A stretch of 64,000 nucleotides of DNA from an uncultured Actinomycetes bacterium (GTDB taxonomy: Bacteria > Actinomycetota > Thermoleophilia > Solirubrobacterales > 70-9). The translations under genes were made by a program, and so were the position numbers. Positions 10,205-19,014 of the stretch are shown in pieces. Numbering within the stretch: position 1 is the stretch's first letter; every line of letters starts with the position of its first letter. The notes beneath the pieces are model-generated. The model did no database searches. It saw nothing but the letters and a program-made list of their open reading frames with translations, and was not told the DNA's origin. Location of the stretch: the NCBI GenBank assembly GCA_963763265.1, contig CAVXNN010000001.1:184949-248948 (forward strand), given 5' to 3'.

Positions 10205-11467
10205 TCAGGCGGCGACCGGCTCCTTGCGCGCCTGCGCGGCGGCGGCGGCCTCGGCGGCGAAGCCGAGCCGCTCGGCGTACTCGCGGGCCTGCATCCGCGA
10301 GATGACCATCCGCTGGATCTCCGCCGTACCCTCGAAGAGCTGGTAGATCTTCGCGTCGCGGAACCACTTCTCGAGCGGGTGGTCGGTGTCCCAGGCGGCC
10401 GGGCCGACGAGGTCCATCAGCGTCGTCGTCGCCCACATCGTCACGTCGCCCGCCTTCAGCTTCGACATCGAGCCCTGGCCGCCGGTCATCGGCCGGCCGT
10501 TGCGGCCCATCCAGGCCGCCCGCTGCACCAGCAGGCGGGCCGACTCGATCTCGGTGGCGACGTCGGCAAGGGTCTGCTGGACGCGCTGGGCGCTCAGCAG
10601 CCGCACGCCGCCTTCTTCGCTCCCGTAGAGGTACTCGAGGGTCCACTCGTAGGCCGCCTGGGCGATGCCGAGCGCCGAGGCGCCGACGATCGGCCGGGTG
10701 ATCTCGAAGGTCGCCAGCGCGTCGGCCGAGCGGGACTTCTGGCCGGAGCGCCCGCGCTCCAGCTTGCGCTGCAGCTTCTCCTCGCCGCCCAGCAGGTTCT
10801 CGGCCGGGATGCGGCACTCGTCGAGCACCACCTCGGCGGTGTGGGAGGCGCGGATCCCGAGCTTCGACTCCTTCTTGCCCTGGCTGAGACCCGGCGTCCC
10901 CTTCTCGATCACGAACGACGCCTGGCCGCGGGTGCCGAGCGTCGGGTCGACGGTGGCGACGACCACGTGGACGTCGGCGATGCCGCCGTTGGTGATGAAG
11001 ACCTTGGTGCCATCGAGGACCCACTCGTCGCCGTCGCGGACCGCGGTCGTCTTCAGGCTCTTGACGTCGGAGCCCGCCTGCGGCTCGGTGACCGCATAGG
11101 CGCCGAGCTTCACGTTCTCGGCGTCGCCGAAGCACTCCGGGACCCAGCGGGCGATCTGCTCGGGGGTGCCGGAGGAGGCGATGCCGGCGGCGGCGAGGCC
11201 GGAGCCGCTGATCGCCAGGGCGATGCCGGCACAGCCCCAGTGGAACTGCTCGGCCATGATCACCTGCATCTGGCCCTCGTCGTCTTCGGCGGCCCGCTGC
11301 ATCCCCTCGAGGCCGCCGAAGCCTTGGCGACGCGCCTCCTTGATGACCTCCCACGGCGTGCTCTCCTCGCGGTCGTGCAGAGGCGCCGCCGGGCGGATCA
11401 CCTCGCTCGCGAACTTACGGCACTCCGCCTGGTAGGTCAGCTGCTCGTCGTTGAGTCCGAAATCCAC
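10205..11467 (-). CDS. acyl-CoA dehydrogenase
   Basis: Only the 3' part of the 931-aa track ORF is ACAD-like. A GTG start at 11467 (VDFGLNDEQL) follows GAGAGAGGAAG. The C-terminal motif is YQLFEGTAEIQR. Confidence 0.85.
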   Translation of the reverse strand: MDFGLNDEQLTYQAECRKFASEVIRPAAPLHDREESTPWEVIKEARRQGFGGLEGMQRAAEDDEGQMQVIMAEQFHWGCAGIALAISGSGLAAAGIASSGTPEQIARWVPECFGDAENVKLGAYAVTEPQAGSDVKSLKTTAVRDGDEWVLDGTKVFITNGGIADVHVVVATVDPTLGTRGQASFVIEKGTPGLSQGKKESKLGIRASHTAEVVLDECRIPAENLLGGEEKLQRKLERGRSGQKSRSADALATFEITRPIVGASALGIAQAAYEWTLEYLYGSEEGGVRLLSAQRVQQTLADVATEIESARLLVQRAAWMGRNGRPMTGGQGSMSKLKAGDVTMWATTTLMDLVGPAAWDTDHPLEKWFRDAKIYQLFEGTAEIQRMVISRMQAREYAERLGFAAEAAAAAQARKEPVAA

Positions 11468-11635
11468 TGCGCTTCCTCTCTCTCGGTCCGCGAAGGGGGG
11501 TCGATCCGCGGGGTGACGCTCGATTGACTGGTCAGTCAGCCAGTTCCCGAATCCTAGCCGACCGGGCAGCGCGGGGCGGTCGCTCGGAGAGTCGACGCGT
11601 ACCCACCGGCCGCCGCGCCTGTAGCTTTCGGGCGG

Positions 11636-13096
11636 GTGAGCGCCGACCAGCCGATCAACGCCGAAGTGCAGGCGCCGGAGGACCCTCCGGAGCCCGCCGC
11701 CGAGCCGAAAACCGCCGCCGAGCCGGAGGAGGGGCGGCGAGAGGAGGAGCGGCGGCCCGCGGGACCGGAGGAGAGGCGGCCGGAGGAGGAGCGGCGGCCG
11801 ATCGAGCCGGCGCGGCGCCGGCGGCGGGTTCCCGGCCCGATCAAGCTGGTCACGGCGCTGGTCGTGATCGCGGTCGGCTTCATCGTCCTCGCCGTGGTCG
11901 CGGGCGGCGGCTCCAAGCAGGGCGGCGGCAGCGCGAATCCCGCGCACCCCGGCGGCGCGACCGCCGCGAGCGGCGCCGGCGAATCCGAACCGAGCCCCCC
12001 GGCCGCCGAATCCTCGCCGCCCGAAGCCGCCGCCGAAGCGACCGACGCCGGCCCCGAAGGGCTCGGCTATCCGACCTTCGCGACCAGCAACACGACCCGG
12101 ATCGGCGGCCCCGACCCGGCCGCCGACGCCGCCGCGACCGCGCTCGCCGTCTTCCCCGGCACCAACGAAAAGCAGCGGCCGGTCGCCGTCGCCCTGGTCG
12201 GTGCCGAAGACTGGGGCGGGGCGATCGCCGCCGCCGTGCTGATGGCCGAACCGGTGCGGGCGCCGCTGCTCTACGGCGAACCGGAATCCGTGCCGGGCCC
12301 GACCTCGGCCGCCCTCGACGCGCTGCGGCCGGGCGGCGGCGCGGCCTCCGGAGGCGCCGCGGTCTTCGCGATCGGCGACGTCCAGGTGCCGGACGGGAAG
12401 CGCGCCGACAGGGTCGCCCCCGGCGACGCCGCCTCCGAGGCGGCGGCGATCGCCCGCCTCCGCGACCGCCTCGCCGGCTCGCCGCCACAGGCGATCGTCC
12501 TCGCCTCCAGCAGCGAACCGGCCTTTGCCGCGCCGGCCGCCGCCTACGCCGCCCGGTCCGGCGACCCGGTCCTCTTCACCGAAGCCGCCAAGCTGCCGCC
12601 GCAGACGCGGGCCGCGCTGCACCACTACAAAGGCGTGCCGGTCTACGCGCTCGGCCCCGGCTCGGCGATCTCCGGCAAGGTCCTCAAGGAAGCCGAAGGG
12701 CTCGGCGCCAAGGTGCACCGGGTCAGCGGCGCCAATCCAGTCGACGGCGCGATCGCCTTCGCCCGGTTCCATGAAGGGAAGTTCGGCTGGGACGTCTCCG
12801 ACCCCGGCCACGGCTTCGTCCTCGCCCGCTCCGACGCGCCGCTGGAAGCGGCCGCCGCGGCGCCGCTGTCGGCGTCCGGGACCTGGGGGCCGTTGCTGCT
12901 CACCGACAACGCCGATACGCTGCCCTCCGAATTGCGCGGCTACTTCCTCGACGTCAAGCCCGGCTACACCGACGACCCGACCCGGGCCTTCTACAACCAC
13001 GTCTGGGTGGTCGGCGACGAAGGGCAGATCAGCGTCGGGCAGCAGGCGGAAGTCAATGAAGTCGCCGAATTGGCGAAGATCGGGGCCGAAGAATGA
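11636..13096 (+). CDS. membrane-anchored protein with charged EERRP repeats and putative cell-wall-binding-type repeats
   Basis: 486 aa. The N-terminus is Pro/Glu/Arg-rich with EERRP three times, followed by one TM helix (LVTALVVIAVGFIVLAVVA). The extracellular part has repeated segments resembling CW_binding_2 repeats (TRIGGPDPAADAAATALAVFP). The family call is tentative. Confidence 0.5.
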   Translation: MSADQPINAEVQAPEDPPEPAAEPKTAAEPEEGRREEERRPAGPEERRPEEERRPIEPARRRRRVPGPIKLVTALVVIAVGFIVLAVVAGGGSKQGGGSANPAHPGGATAASGAGESEPSPPAAESSPPEAAAEATDAGPEGLGYPTFATSNTTRIGGPDPAADAAATALAVFPGTNEKQRPVAVALVGAEDWGGAIAAAVLMAEPVRAPLLYGEPESVPGPTSAALDALRPGGGAASGGAAVFAIGDVQVPDGKRADRVAPGDAASEAAAIARLRDRLAGSPPQAIVLASSSEPAFAAPAAAYAARSGDPVLFTEAAKLPPQTRAALHHYKGVPVYALGPGSAISGKVLKEAEGLGAKVHRVSGANPVDGAIAFARFHEGKFGWDVSDPGHGFVLARSDAPLEAAAAAPLSASGTWGPLLLTDNADTLPSELRGYFLDVKPGYTDDPTRAFYNHVWVVGDEGQISVGQQAEVNEVAELAKIGAEE

Positions 13097-13341
13097 GCGA
13101 GGCGGAGAATCCAGAGCTGCTCGGAGTGCCGCAGGGCATCACGGTCGAGGACATCCGCGCCCTCGCCGGCCCCGCCACCCCCCACTTCTCACTGCAGATC
13201 CGCAACCGGATCGCGCGGCTGATCGAGCCCTTCCCGGCCGGCCACCCGGTGCGGCTGGAAGGCGAACGGCAGATCGGCCGGCTCCAGCGGCTCTCCGACA
13301 ACAGCGGCGAGCCGCGCAGGACGCTCGGCATCGAGCACTGA
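13093..13341 (+). CDS. hypothetical protein
   Basis: 82 aa. The ATGA overlap with the upstream stop suggests translational coupling. The stop lies 1 nt before the next gene's start. High GC3. Confidence 0.45.
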   Translation: MSEAENPELLGVPQGITVEDIRALAGPATPHFSLQIRNRIARLIEPFPAGHPVRLEGERQIGRLQRLSDNSGEPRRTLGIEH

Positions 13342-13342
13342 G

Positions 13343-14008
13343 ATGAAGCGCCTGGCGCCGGGGGTGTGGCGCCTCAAGGAGCTGCCCGGGCCGACGATCA
13401 ACGTCTACCTCGCCGAGACCGTGCTGATCGACGCCGGCCGGCGCTGGGACCGACGGCGGATCTTCGCCGAGCTCGAGGGCGTCGAGATCTCCGAAGTCGC
13501 CCTCACCCACGTCCACCCCGACCACCAGGGTTGCGCGAAGGCGGTCTGCGAGGCTCGGGAGGTGCCGCTCGCCTGCCACGCCGACGACGTCGAGGCGATG
13601 GAGGGCAGGCGGCCGGTGCGGGCCGGCGAAGGCCGGCTGTCGCGCCTCTACGACCGGCTCTGGACGGGCCCGCCCCACAAGGTCGACCGGGTGCTCGCCG
13701 AGGGCGACGAGGTGGCCGGCTTCCGCGTCGTCCACGCCCCTGGCCACGCCCCCGGCGAGGTGATCTTCTTCCGCGGCTCCGACCGGGTGGCGATCTGCGG
13801 CGACGTGGTGCGCAACATGAGCTACCTGACCGGCCTGCCGGGGGTCCGCCAGCCGCCCGACGAGCTGACCCCCGACCCGGTCGAGAACCGCCGCTCGATC
13901 CGCAAGCTGGCGGCGCTCGGGCCGGCCCTGATCCTCCCCGGCCACGGCCCGGCGATCACCGACATGGACCGCTTCGCCGCCTTCGCCGCCGCCCTCCCCG
14001 CCGACTGA
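13343..14008 (+). CDS. MBL-fold metallo-hydrolase
   Basis: 221 aa with the HxHxDH motif THVHPDHQG and a later HAPGHAPGE. Confidence 0.85.
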   Translation: MKRLAPGVWRLKELPGPTINVYLAETVLIDAGRRWDRRRIFAELEGVEISEVALTHVHPDHQGCAKAVCEAREVPLACHADDVEAMEGRRPVRAGEGRLSRLYDRLWTGPPHKVDRVLAEGDEVAGFRVVHAPGHAPGEVIFFRGSDRVAICGDVVRNMSYLTGLPGVRQPPDELTPDPVENRRSIRKLAALGPALILPGHGPAITDMDRFAAFAAALPAD

Positions 14009-14118
14009 CCGCCGCGGAGGCTTCCGAGCGATGAGGGTCCCATGCCCCGGAAAAGTCGGAAACGGTCGGGGGCGCGGGAACGCCGGCGGCGTCGGAACGG
14101 TCGCCGGCGTCGGCGGGC

Positions 14119-15159
14119 CTAGCCCGCGGCGGACGCCGGGCCGAAGGCGTCGATGATGCGGTTCTGGAGCTCGCTCAGCTCCTCCGGCGAGATGAAGTAG
14201 GTCGGCGGCGTCAGAAAGAGGCCGTCGGCGCGCTCGGCGGTCGCCGCGACCCGCTCGCGCACCTTGTCGAGCGGGCCTGCCGCGCAGTAGGTCTCGACCA
14301 TCGCGTCGCCGATCGCCACCGGGACGGCCGCCAGGTCGCCGCGCCGGAAGGCCTCGCCGGCGGCCGCCGCCTCGGCGCCGAAGCCGTGCATCTCCCAAAG
14401 CGGCGCGTAGGTCTTCACCGTCGCGTAGAAGGAGATGGTGCGGCGCGCCAGGTCGAGCGCCCGGCCCTCGTCCGCGTCGATCGCGCAGCAGACGGTCGGC
14501 AGGTAGTCGAAGCCGTCCCGGCCGCGGTGGGAGCGGCGCAGCCCCTCCTCGAAGCCGGGGACGACGACCTCGTCGATCCAGCGCAGGCTCTGGATCGGGT
14601 GCCCGACCAGCCCGTCGGCGACGTCGCCCGCCATCCGCGCCATCCCGGCCTGCACCGCGGCGACGTAGATCGGCGGCGGCTCCTCCCGGGCCGGCGGGTG
14701 CGGCCGCACCCAGCCCTTGACGTCGATGTCGTAGTAGTCGCCCTGGTAGCGGATCGGCTCGCCGGCGCCGGCCTGGCGCATGATCAGCCGGGTCGCCTCG
14801 ATCGCCTCGCGCAGGTGCGGCGCCGGCCGGCCGTACTCGGCGTTGTGCCAGGTTTCGTTCAGCCGCTTCACGCCCGAGCCGAGCCCGAGCCGGAAGCGGC
14901 CGCCCGACATCTCGTCGATGTCGAGCGCGGTGATCGCGTGGACGAAGGGGCTGCGGGTGAAGGCCCAGGTGATCCCGGTTGCGACCCCGATCCGCTCGGT
15001 CTTCGCCGCCAGGTAGGCGGCCTGGGTGTCGGCGGCGCGGAACAGCTCCGGCGCCCAGAGGCACTCGACCCCCGCCGCCTCGGCGCGCCGCGCCTCGGCC
15101 ACGAGGTCGGCGACCGTCGTCCCGATCGCCGCGACCGAGATCCGCTTGAGCGCGCTCAC
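14119..15159 (-). CDS. LLM-class (luciferase-like) flavin/F420-dependent oxidoreductase
   Basis: This is the 3' part of track ORF 14119..16308. The GTG start at 15159 (VSALKRISVAAIG) overlaps the upstream ACAD stop as GTGA. The sequence is luciferase-like (LWAPELFR, GRFRLGLGSG). Confidence 0.75.
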   Translation of the reverse strand: MSALKRISVAAIGTTVADLVAEARRAEAAGVECLWAPELFRAADTQAAYLAAKTERIGVATGITWAFTRSPFVHAITALDIDEMSGGRFRLGLGSGVKRLNETWHNAEYGRPAPHLREAIEATRLIMRQAGAGEPIRYQGDYYDIDVKGWVRPHPPAREEPPPIYVAAVQAGMARMAGDVADGLVGHPIQSLRWIDEVVVPGFEEGLRRSHRGRDGFDYLPTVCCAIDADEGRALDLARRTISFYATVKTYAPLWEMHGFGAEAAAAGEAFRRGDLAAVPVAIGDAMVETYCAAGPLDKVRERVAATAERADGLFLTPPTYFISPEELSELQNRIIDAFGPASAAG

Positions 15160-16265
15160 GCGGCGGCCGCGAGGACCCGCTCGGCGACCCGCTCGCGGTG
15201 CCAGCGGGCGTCGCCGTACATCGAGGCGTTGGCGCGGCCGCGCTTGAGGAAGAAGTGGAGGTCGTGCTCCCAGGTGAAGCCGATCCCGCCGTGCACCTGG
15301 ATCGAGGCGTCGGGGACCCGCCAGCCGGCGTCGGAGGCGTAGGCCTTGGCCATCGAGGCGGCGAGCGGCAGTCCGTCGGGATCGGCGTCGGCCGCCCAGG
15401 CGGCGCCGTAGACGGCGGAGCGCGAGTTCTCGGTCTCCAGCAGCATCTGCGCGCAGCGGTGGGAGACCGCCTGGTAGGCGCCGATCGGCCGGCCGAACTG
15501 TTCGCGGTCCTTGGCGTAGGCGACGGCCATGTCGAGGGCGCGCTGGGCGACTCCGGTCGACTCGGCGGCGAGCGCCACCGCGCCGCGCAGGAAGACCGCC
15601 TCGAGATCGGCGCCGTGGCCGGGCAGCGTCTGCTCGGCGGGGACGCGGACGCCGTCGAGGCTCACGGTCGAGAGCCGGCGGGTGGTGTCGATCGAGATCT
15701 GCGGCGAGACGCTCAGCCCATCGGCGTCGGCGGGGACGATGTGGCGGCGCCCATCGGCGGTGGCGACGAGGAAGAACGCGGCCCCGGCCGCGTCGGCGAC
15801 CAGCTCCTTCCTGCCGTTCAGCACCACGCCGTCGCCGTCGGCCTCGGCCTGCATCGGGTGCGCGCCCGGCGTCCCGGTCGAGCCGGCGTCGACCATCGCC
15901 TGGGTGCCGCGCGCGGTGCCCTCGGCGAGGGGGCGCAGCCAGCGCTCCTTCTGCGCGTCGGAGCCGGCGGTGGCCAGCGCCAGGCCGACCACCGTGTTGG
16001 AGAAGAGCGGCGAGGGCGCGAGCGCGTAGCCCATCTCCTCGAAGAGGACCGCGAGGTCGACGATCCCGAGCCCCTGGCCGCCCCACTCCTCGGGCAGCGC
16101 CAGGCCGGGCCAGCCGAGCTCCGACATCTCCTTCCAGCCGGCCTCGTCGGTGCCGTCCTCGGACCCGGCGATCTCCCGCATCCGCTCCGATTTGAAGCGC
16201 GAGGCGAGGAGGTCGCGGGCGGTCGAGCGGATCGCTTCCTGCTCGTCGGTGAGGTCGAAGTACAT
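15156..16265 (-). CDS. acyl-CoA dehydrogenase family protein (catalytic Glu apparently absent)
   Basis: 369 aa with an ACAD fold. The position of the usual Y-E-G-T catalytic motif reads MYGDARW. Confidence 0.8.
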   Translation of the reverse strand: MYFDLTDEQEAIRSTARDLLASRFKSERMREIAGSEDGTDEAGWKEMSELGWPGLALPEEWGGQGLGIVDLAVLFEEMGYALAPSPLFSNTVVGLALATAGSDAQKERWLRPLAEGTARGTQAMVDAGSTGTPGAHPMQAEADGDGVVLNGRKELVADAAGAAFFLVATADGRRHIVPADADGLSVSPQISIDTTRRLSTVSLDGVRVPAEQTLPGHGADLEAVFLRGAVALAAESTGVAQRALDMAVAYAKDREQFGRPIGAYQAVSHRCAQMLLETENSRSAVYGAAWAADADPDGLPLAASMAKAYASDAGWRVPDASIQVHGGIGFTWEHDLHFFLKRGRANASMYGDARWHRERVAERVLAAAA

Positions 16266-16371
16266 CAGTGTCCGCCCGCGTGCTCGGCTGCCGCAAGGAC
16301 GCGCTCATGATGACCGGCGATCTCGCGTCCTTGCTCCCGCGTCCGCCGCGGGCGGGTTTGGCGCAGCTGCC

Positions 16372-17553
16372 TCATCGCATCCGGGGCAGGCCGAGCACCC
16401 GCTCGGCGATGATGTTCTTGAGGATGTCGGTGGTCCCGCCCTCGATCGAGTTGGCCCGCGAGCGCAGGAAGCCGTACTGCCAGGCGCCGCCCGCGACGGC
16501 ACCCTCGGAGCCGCGCGCCAGGGTCGCCCACGCCCCCTCGATCTCCAGCGCCAGCTCGGTCACGCCCTGGTTGATGTCGGCCCACTGCCACTTGCCCAGC
16601 GAGCCCTCGGGGCCGGGGATCCCCGACTCCATCGTCTTGGTCAGCCCGCGGTAGGCGTTGAGGCGCATCGTCTCGGCCTCGATGAAGAGCTGGGCGATCC
16701 GCTGGCGGAACCAGGCGTCCTCGGCGGCGGTGGCGCCCCCCTCCTCGCGCACCTCGCCCGCCAGCGCCGCCAGCCGCGCGAGGCTTTTGTGGATCTGGGC
16801 GATCGCCCCGAAGGCGAGCCCGGCGCGCTCGTTCATCAGCGTGGTGATCGCCACCGTCCAGCCGTTGCCGACCCCGCCGACGACGTTCTCCTCGGGGATC
16901 CGCGCCTCGTTCATGAAGACCTCGTTGAACTCGCCCTCGCCGGTGATCTGGACCAGCGGCTTGGCTTCCACCCCCTCCTGCTCCATGTCCATCAGGAAGT
17001 AGGTGAGGCCCTGGTGCTTGGGCGCGTCGGGGTCGGTGCGGGCGACCAGCATGCACCACTTCGCGTACTGGGCGAGGGTCGTCCAGACCTTCTGTCCGCT
17101 GACCACCCATTCGTCGCCGTCCTTCACCGCCCGCGTCTTCAGCGAGGCGAGGTCCGAGCCGGACTCGGGCTCCGAGAAGCCCTGGCACCAGATCTCCTCG
17201 CCGGTCAGGATCGGCTCCAGGTAGCGCTCCTTCTGGGCCTCGGTGCCGTGCGCGATCACCACCGGCCCGCCCATCGCGAGGCCGAGCACGTTGGCCGGGC
17301 TGGGCGCTTCCGCGGCGGCCGCCTCGCCGGTGAAGATCGCCTGCTCGATCATCGTCGCGCCGCGGCCGCCGTAGGCCTGCGGCCAGGCGATCCCGGCCCA
17401 ACCGGCCTCGTGCAGGCTGCGCTGCCACTCGCGGCGGAACGCGATGACCTCGTCGAGCGATCCTTCCGGCTCCGGACCCGGGTTGTTCTCGCGCAGCCAG
17501 GTCGCGACCTCGTCGCGAAAGCTCTCCTCCGATGGCGACAGCGTCAGGTCCAT
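16372..17553 (-). CDS. acyl-CoA dehydrogenase
   Basis: 393 aa with an ACAD fold and a C-terminal SIEGGTTDILKNIIAERVLG motif that retains the Glu. Confidence 0.85.
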   Translation of the reverse strand: MDLTLSPSEESFRDEVATWLRENNPGPEPEGSLDEVIAFRREWQRSLHEAGWAGIAWPQAYGGRGATMIEQAIFTGEAAAAEAPSPANVLGLAMGGPVVIAHGTEAQKERYLEPILTGEEIWCQGFSEPESGSDLASLKTRAVKDGDEWVVSGQKVWTTLAQYAKWCMLVARTDPDAPKHQGLTYFLMDMEQEGVEAKPLVQITGEGEFNEVFMNEARIPEENVVGGVGNGWTVAITTLMNERAGLAFGAIAQIHKSLARLAALAGEVREEGGATAAEDAWFRQRIAQLFIEAETMRLNAYRGLTKTMESGIPGPEGSLGKWQWADINQGVTELALEIEGAWATLARGSEGAVAGGAWQYGFLRSRANSIEGGTTDILKNIIAERVLGLPRMR

Positions 17554-17668
17554 CGAGCGCCCAGCCTACACGCCCGAGGCCGCGCGGAGGTCGAACGCCC
17601 CCGGCCTTGACTGACCCGTCGGTCAGCCGCACGGCGCGGCGGCGAAAAGCTTGATAGGAACCCGGCCG

Positions 17669-18493
17669 ATGAGCGAGAGCACGGGTTACGAAAGTCCGGG
17701 GATCGCGGGGAGTGGGGCCATCGCCACCGGCCTCGCCGCGGTCTCGACCACTACCGCGGAGACCATCCTCCTGGCGCGCTCGGAGGCCTCGGCCTGGCGC
17801 GCGGAGGAGAAGGTCGTCGCCGCCTGCGCGAAGATCGAGGGAGCCGATCCGTCGCGGCTGCGGGTCACCACCGATCCGCAGGACCTGGCCGACTGCGACG
17901 TCGTCGTCGAGGCGATCGTCGAGCAGCTCGACGCCAAGGCCGAGCTGCTCCGGACGCTCGACGCGAGCGTCGGCTCGGGGACCGACCTGGCGACCACCAC
18001 CTCCTCGCTCGGGATCGGCGACATCGCCGGCAAGGCGGGCGTCCCGCGCCTCTGGGGCCTCCACGTCTTCAACCCGGTGCCGCGGATGGCGCTGGTCGAG
18101 GTCTGCATCCCCGACGGCGCCGCGCCGGCGCGCGAGCGGGCGATGGCCTGGTGCGCGGCGCTCGGCAAGACCGCGGTCGAGGTCCCCGACCAGGCGGGCT
18201 TCGTCGTCAATCGCCTCCTCTTCCCCTATCTCTTCGACGGCGTCCGGATGCTCGAGCGGACCGGCATGGAGCCCGGCGAGGTCGACACCTGCATGAAACT
18301 CGGGGCGGGACACCCGATGGGCCCGCTGGCGCTGCTCGACTTCGTCGGCCTCGACGTCGCCGAGGCGATCGGCGACGCCCTGTTCGCCGACTCCGGCGAT
18401 CAGGCCCACAAACCGCCGGGCCTGATCGTCGAGATGATCGGCGAAGAGAAGCTGGGCCGGAAGTCGGGCGCGGGCTTCTACACCTACGACTGA
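17669..18493 (+). CDS. 3-hydroxyacyl-CoA (3-hydroxybutyryl-CoA) dehydrogenase
   Basis: ORF 17651..18493; an ATG at 17669 is preferred. Rossmann motif IAGSGAIATGLA, HVFNPVPRMALVEV motif and a C-terminal GRKSGAGFYTY. Confidence 0.85.
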   Translation: MSESTGYESPGIAGSGAIATGLAAVSTTTAETILLARSEASAWRAEEKVVAACAKIEGADPSRLRVTTDPQDLADCDVVVEAIVEQLDAKAELLRTLDASVGSGTDLATTTSSLGIGDIAGKAGVPRLWGLHVFNPVPRMALVEVCIPDGAAPARERAMAWCAALGKTAVEVPDQAGFVVNRLLFPYLFDGVRMLERTGMEPGEVDTCMKLGAGHPMGPLALLDFVGLDVAEAIGDALFADSGDQAHKPPGLIVEMIGEEKLGRKSGAGFYTYD

Positions 18494-18497
18494 GGCC

Positions 18498-18600
18498 CGA
18501 GGCGCCTGCAAACCGGCGCAATATCGGCGTCCTCGGTCGCTCGCGTGCCGAGGCGCCTGCAAACCGGCGCATCTCTGCGTCCTCGGTCGCTCGCGTGCCG
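18498..18600. repeat. two tandem copies of a 51-bp unit forming hairpins across the unit junctions
   Basis: The unit CGAGGCGCCTGCAAACCGGCGCA-N6-GCGTCCTCGGTCGCTCGCGTGC occurs at 18498-18548 and 18549-18599, with 5 mismatches confined to a 6-nt block. A degenerate third copy follows. It lies between convergent genes. Confidence 0.8.
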
Positions 18601-18724
18601 AGCACGCTTCGCTCCCTGCGTCCTTGATCTGCTTGGTTTTCGGCGCCTCGGAGGACTCGGGCGGTCCCGGTGGCTCGAGCGGTCTCGGTCGCTCGAGCGC
18701 TCCCGATTCCGGGGGCGGTCGCGA

Positions 18725-18970
18725 TTACTCCGCCGGGGCGGTCTTCCCCTTGCCGGAGAGGTCCCAGATCACGTCGGCCTCGGAGATGTTCTGGCGGCGG
18801 GCGACGATTTCGACCTCCTCCCAGGGCAGCTCGGCCTCCGGGAGCTCGTCCCACCGGGCCAGGTCGAGGGCCTCGATCGAGCCTCGCAGCGCCGGGCCGA
18901 GATGCTCCTCGGAGCGCAGCAGCGCCCTCAACACCTCAAGCTGCTTGTCGGTCAGGCGAACAACCCACAT
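18725..18970 (-). CDS. hypothetical protein
   Basis: 81 aa with high GC3 and balanced composition. No motif recognised. Confidence 0.4.
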   Translation of the reverse strand: MWVVRLTDKQLEVLRALLRSEEHLGPALRGSIEALDLARWDELPEAELPWEEVEIVARRQNISEADVIWDLSGKGKTAPAE

Positions 18971-19014
18971 AGTGCACCTCCAGCTTTGAGCGGATCGCGG
19001 GTTGCTCGAAGAAA

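Noticed and set aside
7777-10305. 842-aa plus-strand ORF
   Set aside because: It is antisense to the membrane protein and M23 peptidase genes. The composition is extremely Arg/Gly/Ala-rich and no motif was recognised.
11468-13000. Upstream 511 codons of the 931-aa minus-strand ORF containing the acyl-CoA dehydrogenase
   Set aside because: The ACAD fold begins at GTG 11467, which has a good SD. The upstream extension is Gly/Arg-rich and overlaps the better-supported plus-strand gene 11636..13096.
16265-18562. 765-aa minus-strand ORF, and similar fused or shadow frames (14119..16308 upstream part, 19231..20994 upstream part, 21136..22350 upstream part)
   Set aside because: Only the segments with recognisable protein families and sensible starts were kept. 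The remainders are antisense to, or overlap, well-supported genes and are Arg/Pro/Gly-rich.
18498-18600. CRISPR array
   Set aside because: There are only two full tandem units with no unique spacers between them, and no cas genes are in the window.
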